Virus record (IMG/VR): IMGVR_UViG_3300045971_000344
Location: 230,945-294,944 of that record
Length of the DNA stretch: 64,000 nucleotides
Direction: 5' to 3' (one strand)
Each line of letters begins with the position of its first letter. Within the stretch, counting starts at the first letter, position 1. This document shows positions 36,544 through 45,727 of the stretch, in pieces. The notes beneath the pieces were generated by a model. It worked only from the letters and a program-made list of their open reading frames with translations, had not been told where the DNA came from and made no database searches. A program made the position numbers and the translations under genes.

Positions 36544-38418
36544 ATGATTAAGCGCCGCATGCCTGGAAATAGTCCACTAAGTAGGACACACTCAGTAGAT
36601 AGTACAGCCCTTGGAGCGAAGGCAAACCCAAAGTTAAGAGTTAACGATAGTCAAGGTCGAATGGTTGAGACTTCTAATATTGGAGGGGGCGGACTACAGA
36701 ATACCTCCATGTCTAACAACCCAATATCCATTGACTTATTTCCTTTACTTAAAGGGATAGTACCGGATGGATTTGAAAACTATCCATTACTTAATGCTTT
36801 GTACCGTGATATTTTCTACTATGACTCTGTAGCAGGCTCTGCTACCGAGTTAATGTCGTTTATGCCCTTTTCAGATTTTACCTTGGGCGGAGTAGAATCA
36901 GCTGATAAGCCGAAGCTGAATAAGTTTTATGAATCCTTGGATAGGATTAATACACGCCGTTTATTACCTGAGTTATCCGTAGACTACTTAGTATTAGGTA
37001 CCTTCGTAGGTTCATTGATTTTCAATAAAAAGCAAGGTATCTTTACAGATGTTGTTCCTCAAGACATTGACCACATCTCTATGGTTCCCCTTCCCTTTTA
37101 TTCGCAAGACCCGATAATGAATGTAACGGTAGCAAAAGAAACTATCGCTGCCCTTTCAGGAAATTCTAAGCGCATAGAACGCGTTAAGAAAATGGTAGGC
37201 GAAGAAGTAATACAGAAGTTAACTAGTGGTAAATTTGAGCTCGATCCATTGACCACGCTTTATGTTCCACGCAAGACCCTATCTACTAGAGAAGGAATAT
37301 CTTGGTTTAAACGATTGCTTCCCATATACTTATTGGAGAAAAACCTGTTTAAGGGTACCATTATAGAAAGTGCTAAAAGACAGAGAAGCATAATGCACAT
37401 AATGGCTGGGTCTTCCGATTGGGAGCCAACTGTTAATGACCTACAGTTTCTTACTGAGCTGTTTATGAACGCTGACGCTGACCCTATTGGAGCAATGGTT
37501 GCTACCCGGCAAGACGTTCAGGTAAACGATATTCGCCAAGGTGGTGACTTTTGGAATATTACGCAGGTTTGGGCGGATACAGTACCGGCCAAATTAAGGG
37601 CTCTAGGTATTAGTGAAGGATTCTTAGGACAAGACGCCAACTACGCAGAAGCCCAAAACAGCTTGACTGTCTTTATAGAGTGGCTAGCAGCGTTCCGTTA
37701 TATGATTGAGCGCAAAGTATTTTACGATAAAATATTCCCGTTTATTAGTGTAGTAAACGGTTATTATAAAACAGAAAAAGACATGAAGAAATGGAAGAAC
37801 AGCGATCTAGATCCCGAAGATATTATGTACGAGCTTCAGGATAATAGCGCCCTCATGATTCCAAAAATTCATTGGCACAAACAGCTACAACCCGAAGGTG
37901 ACTCTGATTATTTGGGTATGTTAAATAGCTTGGCCGAGGCAGGCGTACCTGTTACCTTACGTTCACTTGCCGCAGCTGGTAACTTGAGCTTGGATCAGTT
38001 AATGTCTGAAATGGAAGAAGACCTGCGGTTGAGGAAGACGGTCCAAGAAATGAAGGCAAAATTAGAAGGCGGAGGAGGGGGCGGTGATGAAGGTGGATCT
38101 GGAGAAGAGTCTTTTGAAGAATCTTCTATAGGTGCAAATTTTAGTACCTTGGGTTCCCTTAGCCCGGACAATCCTTATATAAGTGCTGCCTTATCCAAGA
38201 CTAGGGCAAAGCACGGACCTCTTAAGAATATACTTCAGCGTTCCTATGGTTCCGATAGTGAGATCAAAGGTGTATCCAAGACAGGAAAAATGAAGTACGT
38301 CCATAATCAAAAAGAAGCTAATGACCGAATCAATACCTTCATCGCTCGCGCGGCCGTAGAAAAACATGGAGTAAAGAAAAATAGAAGAACATTCTTCCCT
38401 ACAATAAAATTAAGATAG
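36544..38418 (+). CDS. Probable portal protein
   Basis: 624 aa from ATG 36544 (purine-rich SD); helical core with LYRDIFYYDSVAGSATEL and KLRALGISEGFL; lies between terminase and protease. Confidence 0.65.
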   Translation: MIKRRMPGNSPLSRTHSVDSTALGAKANPKLRVNDSQGRMVETSNIGGGGLQNTSMSNNPISIDLFPLLKGIVPDGFENYPLLNALYRDIFYYDSVAGSATELMSFMPFSDFTLGGVESADKPKLNKFYESLDRINTRRLLPELSVDYLVLGTFVGSLIFNKKQGIFTDVVPQDIDHISMVPLPFYSQDPIMNVTVAKETIAALSGNSKRIERVKKMVGEEVIQKLTSGKFELDPLTTLYVPRKTLSTREGISWFKRLLPIYLLEKNLFKGTIIESAKRQRSIMHIMAGSSDWEPTVNDLQFLTELFMNADADPIGAMVATRQDVQVNDIRQGGDFWNITQVWADTVPAKLRALGISEGFLGQDANYAEAQNSLTVFIEWLAAFRYMIERKVFYDKIFPFISVVNGYYKTEKDMKKWKNSDLDPEDIMYELQDNSALMIPKIHWHKQLQPEGDSDYLGMLNSLAEAGVPVTLRSLAAAGNLSLDQLMSEMEEDLRLRKTVQEMKAKLEGGGGGGDEGGSGEESFEESSIGANFSTLGSLSPDNPYISAALSKTRAKHGPLKNILQRSYGSDSEIKGVSKTGKMKYVHNQKEANDRINTFIARAAVEKHGVKKNRRTFFPTIKLR

Positions 38419-38429
38419 AGGTAAAAATC

Positions 38430-38696
38430 ATGAGAAAAATTATTGTACGTTTCACTGAGACTGGTTCACTCAAAGAACAATCTTTTGCTACTCGTCCTAA
38501 ATTTTTAGAACGAGGGCAATCCGTAAACATAGTTGATCGACATGGAAAAGGAATGACTTGTGATGTATTACTTCGTGCTAGTACAGACGATGATGGGAAT
38601 TTACTTATGACAGTTACTCCAACTTCTCGTAAAGGTCCTTCCTTTTTGGTTGTATGGAATAGTCGTGAAGGTAAATGGATAGAGTTTGAGGACTAA
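38430..38696 (+). CDS. Leader-bearing hypothetical protein
   Basis: MRKIIVRFTETGS. Confidence 0.75.
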   Translation: MRKIIVRFTETGSLKEQSFATRPKFLERGQSVNIVDRHGKGMTCDVLLRASTDDDGNLLMTVTPTSRKGPSFLVVWNSREGKWIEFED

Positions 38697-38699
38697 CGT

Positions 38700-39065
38700 A
38701 TGAGAAGAACAACTATAAAGACCTCAAAACCTGAAGTTGTTATCTTTAAGACCATACCAGATGAGTATAAAGGTTTACGAGTGGAGGACCGTTGTCCCTC
38801 TAATAGTGAGCTGTCTTCATGGATTAAATGGAGAAATAAAGAACAAAAGAAATTCTCTGAACCTTGGATTATGGTAGACGTTAGAAAGGCATTGATAAAG
38901 ACAAACATTTCTGGTAGAGGAAATGGTAGTAATCCTTGGTGGTGCGTAGGGGCTCAGGTTACTTTAAAAGGTGGAGCATCTCTTTTATTTTGGAAAGCAT
39001 TAGACAAAGTAAAGCTTTTAGATAAAGGGTTTCATCCCTATATTCTTATAGCTATAAAAGGATGA
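38700..39065 (+). CDS. Leader-bearing hypothetical protein
   Basis: MRRTTIKTSK. Confidence 0.7.
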   Translation: MRRTTIKTSKPEVVIFKTIPDEYKGLRVEDRCPSNSELSSWIKWRNKEQKKFSEPWIMVDVRKALIKTNISGRGNGSNPWWCVGAQVTLKGGASLLFWKALDKVKLLDKGFHPYILIAIKG

Positions 39066-39072
39066 GTAATTT

Positions 39073-39360
39073 ATGAGAAAAGTAATTATCGCAGGTATAG
39101 TACGCGCATCTCAGCAAATAACTCTTAAGGGAAACCGCTTAGTATTTCCTTCCGGTGAAGTTTCAAGTTTGCCAACTAAATATGATGAATTTTTAGTTGT
39201 GGGTAATAAACGTGGTGAGGAAGTAGCAATACAAAAACAGAAGAAGTATATTTACTTGGACTTTAATAAGTATGATGAGACTGTACCCGATGAAAAATCT
39301 CTAGTTGAATATTTAAATAAAAATGGTTATATTTATTTCATTGGTGTTGATGATAGATAA
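39073..39360 (+). CDS. Leader-bearing hypothetical protein
   Basis: MRKVIIAG. Confidence 0.75.
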   Translation: MRKVIIAGIVRASQQITLKGNRLVFPSGEVSSLPTKYDEFLVVGNKRGEEVAIQKQKKYIYLDFNKYDETVPDEKSLVEYLNKNGYIYFIGVDDR

Positions 39361-39380
39361 ATTGAGGACTGGAGAATTTT

Positions 39381-39767
39381 ATGAGAAAAGTCGTAATTGC
39401 GTCTACAGGAGAAAAAGTTACCTCCAAAGAGAGAAGGACCATAACAGACGGATTATACAAAGTTTCAAAGGTGAAATGGGAAAGCATTCCCTTAAGAGAA
39501 ATAAGACAGGCCTTTGCAGACGCGAATATGATCTTACTCCAAGAGGATGATACTCCATATAGCGGAATGTTCTTGGGTGAAAAAGGCAGGGCAAGAATAG
39601 CTTTTGGTCGTGCACCTGAAGAAATCTGTGAGCGCTCAGTGTACGGTAAGCTAACAACGGACCAGTCTAATACACGCTTTACCCCAATCAGTAATAGCCT
39701 GCTCATCCTTGAGTGGTATAAAGATCAGGGTATGACAAAGTCCGAAATTAATTGTTATATATCCTGA
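39381..39767 (+). CDS. Leader-bearing hypothetical protein
   Basis: MRKVVIAS. Confidence 0.75.
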   Translation: MRKVVIASTGEKVTSKERRTITDGLYKVSKVKWESIPLREIRQAFADANMILLQEDDTPYSGMFLGEKGRARIAFGRAPEEICERSVYGKLTTDQSNTRFTPISNSLLILEWYKDQGMTKSEINCYIS

Positions 39768-39778
39768 GGTAGACCATT

Positions 39779-40180
39779 ATGAGATTCGTAGCGATAGCTA
39801 AAGATTTGTATAACACAAAAGACGTTTTAGCTATTCAAAATAAAGATAGACAGAAAAAACTTTCTTTAAGAACAATTTTTGACTTAGACGAGTCTAAGGC
39901 ATTGTTAGAAAGTAAGTGGGATCTTGTGGACATTCCTTTAGTTAAGATTAAAAAGGGTGTTTTTAGCTTTAACCCAGATTTTGAAATGCTTAGAGTTGGG
40001 TCTGTAGCGTACAAAGCAAATAAGAATGTTTACGACATAATTCTTGCATATAAAGCAAGGGCCAACGTCCCTCCTTTGTGGCTAGATTCGGATCTTAGCG
40101 TTCTAGATGGAAACCACCGAATGGCTGCTCTAGAGTTTTTAGGTATAAAGAAAATAAAAGCTTTTATTCCTGCATCATGA
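39779..40180 (+). CDS. Leader-bearing ParB/Srx-like domain protein
   Basis: MRFVAIAK; VPPLWL....VLDGNHRMAAL..LG. Confidence 0.75.
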   Translation: MRFVAIAKDLYNTKDVLAIQNKDRQKKLSLRTIFDLDESKALLESKWDLVDIPLVKIKKGVFSFNPDFEMLRVGSVAYKANKNVYDIILAYKARANVPPLWLDSDLSVLDGNHRMAALEFLGIKKIKAFIPAS

Positions 40181-40189
40181 GGTTGTTCT

Positions 40190-40666
40190 ATGAGATTCGT
40201 AATTATTGCTGGTGAAGAAGACCACAAGGCAGCGCTTGAACGTACCGGCTTTTGGGGACAAGAAGCCGCTGGTTGCTTATTTTTGGCAAAAGACACTGGA
40301 CGTATTCTGTTTGCCCGAAGAAGCAAGAATGTATTGAGCCCAAATACTTATGGAACATGGGGTGGGGCTATAGACAGAGGAGAATCTCCAGAGAAGGCAG
40401 TTCGTAGAGAAGTAGAAGAAGAATCTGGATACGCTGGAACATTCGCTCTAAAGTTTCTTATACTGTTCAAACATTCATCTGGCTTTCAGTATTTTAACTA
40501 CCTTGCTATAGTTCCCACTGAGTTTGAACCCGAATTGGATTGGGAAACTTCTGGGTATAAGTGGGTAACTTTTGGGCAATGGCCACGACCTTTACACTCT
40601 GGGGTTAAATTTCTTTTGGCAAATGCTTCAAATAAAATAAAGAAATACGTAGATAAATACTCTTAG
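40190..40666 (+). CDS. Leader-bearing Nudix hydrolase
   Basis: MRFVIIAG; Nudix box GGAIDRGESPEKAVRREVEEESG. Confidence 0.9.
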   Translation: MRFVIIAGEEDHKAALERTGFWGQEAAGCLFLAKDTGRILFARRSKNVLSPNTYGTWGGAIDRGESPEKAVRREVEEESGYAGTFALKFLILFKHSSGFQYFNYLAIVPTEFEPELDWETSGYKWVTFGQWPRPLHSGVKFLLANASNKIKKYVDKYS

Positions 40667-40691
40667 TAGGACCCTGAGGAGGGAACGGGTT

Positions 40692-40928
40692 ATGACTAGT
40701 GCGGTTGAGTCTAGTGAGATTTTAGTATGTGACCGTTGTGGTTCAGACGAAGGTAAATGTAGTCATGCGTTAGACACAAAGGATTATCTCTTACAAAGAC
40801 GAGAGACTTATATCGTCCAGAAGAAAAAAGCGCTCAATCTTTTAGCCTTCTTTTTGATCTTAATATTAGCTACCGTAATATATTTAGTTGGGTATTACAA
40901 TTTATTTGGTTATACCAGGTTAAAATAA
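40692..40928 (+). CDS. Small membrane protein
   Basis: CDRC motif and C-terminal TM helix. Confidence 0.6.
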   Translation: MTSAVESSEILVCDRCGSDEGKCSHALDTKDYLLQRRETYIVQKKKALNLLAFFLILILATVIYLVGYYNLFGYTRLK

Positions 40929-40962
40929 ATTCTGATTTAACCTAGGATGAGGAGATTGTTCC

Positions 40963-42306
40963 ATGTTAATGTCTGAATTTATTTCTAAGTACAAAAAAGC
41001 AGGGCGTAAGAAAAGTTCTGCGCTTGAACTTATAAAGACAAAGACACGTTTGGTTGGTGAACGTTGGACAAATAAAAAGCAATTGCTGTTTGATAAAACG
41101 TGGGACGCTTTAGATAACGTTAGCCCTATTATAGTAGAGCATAAACCCGAGAAAAGGGATGAATTAGATCCTTTTGAAGAACGCTTTAAACTCATGGCAA
41201 AAGTGTTTAACAAAAGAGAGGCCTTAAAATTTTACCATGACCTTTGGGTTTATTATAATCACAAGCTATTCTCTAATAGGATGAAGGCTCCTGGATTTAA
41301 ATTTACTAGGGATAGTGGTCTTAAGTTGAACGTACGGGCATACTATTCCTCTAAAAATATAATAGCATTTAACAAAAGATTATTCTTCAACCCTTTCAGT
41401 ATGTTTTGTAACACCATGGTGCATGAAATGTGTCACCAAGCGGTGGCCGTATTGGATGGCAAGGTTAATATAAGAGAAGGTAAGAACAGGGTTATTCATG
41501 GAGACGACTGGAAGAAATGGATGCGTCACTGTGGACTAAACCCAGACCGCTGTACTAAGTCTGAATTAATGGATTACATGAATGAAGATGAAAAGGTTGA
41601 ACATAAAGAAAAGATAGAAGAGAGAAAAGCTCAAGTAGCATCTAAGGTTAAGTTACAGCCTGAGGGTCATACTATTGCTCAGACATGGTCTACTCAAAGG
41701 CATGAATGGATAAAAGGCTGGATTGTAATGCCTTTAGATAAAGGTAGAAAGAAATGGATGTTTATTGAAAAGCCCGAAGGGTTGGCTTACCTTATTGTAC
41801 CTGCAGAATCGTTTTTTGAGGTTCCTCTGGAGGAACAGAGAGCACTTGAGCTTAATACTATTCAGTGGAAACAGTATTCTAAGCATATAGAACAACAGTA
41901 TATCTCTGTTAAGTCCCGAAAGAAAGAACAAAACGCAGGTAAGAAACAATTTACCACTAATTACGCTAAATTATTACAAGAGCACTATAAGTTAATTCCA
42001 GGATCTAGGTTACAGAGCTTTGAGGTAATATTATACTTATTAGCTAGGTCTGAAATTGCAAGTAATGGGTATGGAACTTATAATATAACGCGCTTAAGCG
42101 CAGGTAGTAAATATCCTGTGTATATGGTTACAGATGCAGTAAATTGGTTGTGCCTTATGGATCCTCATAATGTGGAGACCGATGACACTGAAGAATTAGT
42201 TACCTTCATGAACAATTCCGGCTATGGTCAAAAAGGCTATACCATAGAGAATTTTTTATCTGCGGTAAGGAATTATTACTATAACGGTGAAGACGTATTT
42301 GCGTAG
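40963..42306 (+). CDS. SprT-like zinc metalloprotease
   Basis: YYNHKLF, TMVHEMCHQ, HGDDWKKWM. Confidence 0.8.
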   Translation: MLMSEFISKYKKAGRKKSSALELIKTKTRLVGERWTNKKQLLFDKTWDALDNVSPIIVEHKPEKRDELDPFEERFKLMAKVFNKREALKFYHDLWVYYNHKLFSNRMKAPGFKFTRDSGLKLNVRAYYSSKNIIAFNKRLFFNPFSMFCNTMVHEMCHQAVAVLDGKVNIREGKNRVIHGDDWKKWMRHCGLNPDRCTKSELMDYMNEDEKVEHKEKIEERKAQVASKVKLQPEGHTIAQTWSTQRHEWIKGWIVMPLDKGRKKWMFIEKPEGLAYLIVPAESFFEVPLEEQRALELNTIQWKQYSKHIEQQYISVKSRKKEQNAGKKQFTTNYAKLLQEHYKLIPGSRLQSFEVILYLLARSEIASNGYGTYNITRLSAGSKYPVYMVTDAVNWLCLMDPHNVETDDTEELVTFMNNSGYGQKGYTIENFLSAVRNYYYNGEDVFA

Positions 42307-42324
42307 TTAAAAAGGAGAATTATA

Positions 42325-42588
42325 ATGAAGAGAAGAAATTTTGAGATTTCATTGGATATTGATGATAGTAATAAAGCATTTAAGACCATCTTTTATCCTA
42401 AGTCTATCTATAAAGGTAAGTATGATAAGGGCTTTGATACTTTAAGTGCAGCCCGCCTTTGGATTATTAGAGTACTGGGTCAGAAGATAGACTTAGAATA
42501 CGGGGAATTGTATAAAGGCCAAGATAAGATAAAAGAATACACAAAGAACATTGACGGTAAGGTCTGTGAATTAATACCTGTTAAATAA
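42325..42588 (+). CDS. Hypothetical protein with leader-like N-terminus
   Basis: SD AAGGAG; MKRRNFEISL; C-term GKVCELIPVK. Confidence 0.7.
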   Translation: MKRRNFEISLDIDDSNKAFKTIFYPKSIYKGKYDKGFDTLSAARLWIIRVLGQKIDLEYGELYKGQDKIKEYTKNIDGKVCELIPVK

Positions 42589-42597
42589 GGATAATCT

Positions 42598-43335
42598 ATG
42601 AAGATAAAAAGGGTAGGTATTTCCATACGCGAAGTAAGTCTGTATACTGAGACTTCAAGCTCAGACTTTAAAGACCTATCAGAGAAGGACCAGTTAAAGG
42701 AATTGAAGGTTAGCTCACCTCAAAAAGCACTGTCTTTATTTAAGACACTTAAGGCTCCTACGGACAAACAAATACAGATCGTACTTAAGAAGAACCCAAA
42801 GGTCTTGAAACACATAAAACCCCTGCCCAAGTATGTTGAATACGTCTTAGACGAAGACCCTTCTGCGCTAAATCTAATTCCTAAATCTAAGGTAACCGAT
42901 GACTTACTAATAAAGGCAATACGCCCTACCAAAAAAGTATTAGCTGGCCCTAAAGATATTGTGGCTCGAGAGACCTTGAAGAACGTAAGTAAGATAGATA
43001 AGGGAATAAAATTCAGCCCTCGGGCAATAAAAGAAATTAAAAAATTGATTAAAGGTATAAGTAATAGTGAAGTAAAAAGAGCAAATTCCTTACTATCTAA
43101 ACGAGGTATCACGGAGATAGAAATGTCTGCGAGTTCAATTGTTAGATCTAAGTATCCGCCTTATACTTTAACCGTTGCCTTTCCCGGGAATGAAGACACG
43201 AGGTATGAATACTATATAGGCTCTTGGCCGTTATTTAATAAAGCACTCTCCTTACAGAACAATCCTGGAGAGTTTAGCGCCTTTGTAAAACAACATGAAC
43301 TTGATTGTAAAAAATTTACGGTGGGTGTGTCATGA
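42598..43335 (+). CDS. Leader-bearing protein; C-terminal domain possibly KTSC-like
   Basis: MKIKRVGISIR..TETSS; internal IEMSAS then TLTVAF...YEY...F.......PGEF..FVK. Confidence 0.65.
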   Translation: MKIKRVGISIREVSLYTETSSSDFKDLSEKDQLKELKVSSPQKALSLFKTLKAPTDKQIQIVLKKNPKVLKHIKPLPKYVEYVLDEDPSALNLIPKSKVTDDLLIKAIRPTKKVLAGPKDIVARETLKNVSKIDKGIKFSPRAIKEIKKLIKGISNSEVKRANSLLSKRGITEIEMSASSIVRSKYPPYTLTVAFPGNEDTRYEYYIGSWPLFNKALSLQNNPGEFSAFVKQHELDCKKFTVGVS

Positions 43336-44444
43336 AATTATCTGAATTAGTAGTCCGATGGAAGACAAAGGGCATGACGCATCCTGAAGCTTTGTCTAAA
43401 GCAAAGGATAAGGTTAGAAAATTTGGTGAACGCTGGACAAAGAATAAGCAAGCGATCTTTGATACCTCTTGGAGTGAGGTTACTGAAAGTAAGCCCTCTA
43501 AGCAGCCTAGGTCGAGCATAAAGCCCACCACGGACGGTAAAATATCCAATATAGATGAAACAAAGACGCAAGGTGGTACTTATCCACAACGGATTAAGTT
43601 CTTTAATACTATACTTGCTCCATGTAAATTCCCAAAGTCAGATTGGTCTAAATTTGGGCTCCATGTTAGGGCGACTAATACAACTGAGCCCTCTAAAGAG
43701 CAGGCTTTGGCCTTAAAGCTCCTTAAACAGCACGGGTTTACTTACGCTCACAATATAAAGCCCAAGGTATTTCAAGAAGCTAGAGAGACACGAACAGTTG
43801 CCTGGTATAATGACCGTTATAACAACAGTATAAGCACAGTAGCCCAAAAGTCTAATAACGGTAAAGATGATTTCTTTATCCTTAATCTATCGTACCACAT
43901 GACACTCGCTGAAAAAGAAGCCCTTCAAGGTATGGAATGGCTAGAAGAAAAGAAGAAGGCGGCACAAGAGAAAATTGCAAATGGTGAGTTAAAACAGCAG
44001 AAGCGAAAAGAAGATTATCAGTTATCGTTCCATGATTACCTTAAGAACGCTAAGGGTACCCAGACAATACGAGTTGGCGTAAAGGAATTTGGACCCGAAG
44101 AATTAAAAGAACAATGGATAAACAAGGTAGAAGAGGCTATAAAGGATGGTCGTCAGGTACCTCAAGCTGTAAAGAGCGAGTACAACGTAATGACCAAAGC
44201 TGTTGGGTCCGTCTATAAGTTACCTGTACTTAATGGTAAAGATAAGACCGTAACTTTAGATGAAGAAAAATTGAATAAAATAATTCGTAATTTAAAGAAG
44301 AAGGGCGTTGTTGTAGTAAAATCAGATGATAAGACTGCTTTTACCTTATCTACTGAACAACTAATATCTTCAGTTCCCTGTGGACCAGCCTTACGGTCCG
44401 CACTTAAACTAAAGAAACTGTGGGCAATGAAAGGGAGATTGTAA
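43332..44444 (+). CDS. Hypothetical protein sharing an N-terminal module with the SprT-like protein
   Basis: KVRKFGERWTKNKQAIFDTSW vs KTRLVGERWTNKKQLLFDKTW. Confidence 0.7.
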   Translation: MKLSELVVRWKTKGMTHPEALSKAKDKVRKFGERWTKNKQAIFDTSWSEVTESKPSKQPRSSIKPTTDGKISNIDETKTQGGTYPQRIKFFNTILAPCKFPKSDWSKFGLHVRATNTTEPSKEQALALKLLKQHGFTYAHNIKPKVFQEARETRTVAWYNDRYNNSISTVAQKSNNGKDDFFILNLSYHMTLAEKEALQGMEWLEEKKKAAQEKIANGELKQQKRKEDYQLSFHDYLKNAKGTQTIRVGVKEFGPEELKEQWINKVEEAIKDGRQVPQAVKSEYNVMTKAVGSVYKLPVLNGKDKTVTLDEEKLNKIIRNLKKKGVVVVKSDDKTAFTLSTEQLISSVPCGPALRSALKLKKLWAMKGRL

Positions 44445-45187
44445 TGGATAACATTGGTCTGTATCATAAAGGACGCCAGGTTGTTTACGCGTCTGCACAC
44501 CGCTCTATGGCTCCCATAGACGCTCATAAAGAAAAGCTATCGGCTAACACTGCAATAGCTTCATCTATAACAGGTGAAAATGGCCACAGGCTGGATGCCG
44601 ACGCTTGGTTATCTGCTGCGTCTAAACACTATTGTCTATCCAGAGATATAAAGGACTACGTTATTGTTCCGGTACCAGCCATTATGTCGGATATACCTAA
44701 TACTAATGGGGTGGCGATGCCTCGTTCTGAGTTGTTAGAATTCAGACCTGATGAAGGTCGCCCTGCATACAAAACATGGAAGGGAAAACCCACTTTTAGA
44801 GAACATGATAACCAAGATATCGCCCGGGCAAAGGGTTTGATTTTGGATTGTTATGTTAGCCCTGTCCGTAACTATGGTAAAGGTTTGATTAAGGTTATGA
44901 TGCTAGCGGCCTACGATAGAACAAAAGACAGTGTACTGGCTAACAATATCCTTAACGGTAGTGAGAACGCATATAGTATGGGCGCATACTTCTCTGGGTA
45001 TAAGTGTTCGATCTGTGGTTCTGGTCGATGTAACCACACAGGTCCAAAAGAGGCCTTGAAGATTGACCCTGTATCCAAAACATTAGCCTATAGAAATATT
45101 TATGAGATCAGTGGCTTTGAGCTAAGTTCGGTTTCTTCGCCGGCCTACATAGTTGCCGTAAGTGACTATTTGCTCGGAGCACAGTAA
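44444..45187 (+). CDS. Prohead (capsid maturation) protease, HK97/herpes-like fold
   Basis: PNTNG, TWKGKPTFREH (His), YSMGA (Ser), CSICG, FELSSVSSPAY. Confidence 0.8.
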   Translation: MDNIGLYHKGRQVVYASAHRSMAPIDAHKEKLSANTAIASSITGENGHRLDADAWLSAASKHYCLSRDIKDYVIVPVPAIMSDIPNTNGVAMPRSELLEFRPDEGRPAYKTWKGKPTFREHDNQDIARAKGLILDCYVSPVRNYGKGLIKVMMLAAYDRTKDSVLANNILNGSENAYSMGAYFSGYKCSICGSGRCNHTGPKEALKIDPVSKTLAYRNIYEISGFELSSVSSPAYIVAVSDYLLGAQ

Positions 45188-45222
45188 ACGTTAAACTGTA
45201 AATATTATTGAAAGGAAGACGT

Positions 45223-45717
45223 ATGAGAACATTATTAGTTGAGGTCTCACAGATTGATAGACAAGCAGAGGCAGCGGCCAAACGTATAGCAAAGGCGTTG
45301 TCTATGGATTTAACCGAACCAGTAATATCCACATCTCTTGATGATATTTCATTCTTACGGGTCCAGATAAGAGATCTTCAGAGAAGAAACTTAGAGTTGA
45401 GTTTCTTGGTCTATAACCCAGGTTTTGATGTAGACGATGAAGTAGCTTATGAATTAAAATGGATAAAGGATTTCAGTTCACAGAACGGAGATCGCCTGAT
45501 TGTCCAAGCACGCTATTCGTATGAATTTTTTGAGCAAAAATATCATCCAGAGTTTGTTGTCAGAGTATGCGAATTTTTATGTAATGTTTATGTTGACAGG
45601 GACTTCAAACCTTTTGAACTTTGGGTAGCGTTAATAAAGACAAACGGAATTATAAATAAGGAAATAGTTAAATATTTTGGACCAATAGACGTACCAGAAA
45701 AAGGAATAATCGAATAG
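45223..45717 (+). CDS. Hypothetical protein with leader-like N-terminus
   Basis: SD AAGGA, ATG 45223; MRTLLVEVSQ. Confidence 0.7.
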   Translation: MRTLLVEVSQIDRQAEAAAKRIAKALSMDLTEPVISTSLDDISFLRVQIRDLQRRNLELSFLVYNPGFDVDDEVAYELKWIKDFSSQNGDRLIVQARYSYEFFEQKYHPEFVVRVCEFLCNVYVDRDFKPFELWVALIKTNGIINKEIVKYFGPIDVPEKGIIE

Positions 45718-45727
45718 GAGACTATCT

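Noticed and set aside
475-45717. Leaders as Sec or lipoprotein signal peptides
   Set aside because: They lack a contiguous hydrophobic h-region and a lipobox Cys, and the payloads are cytoplasmic nucleic-acid enzymes.
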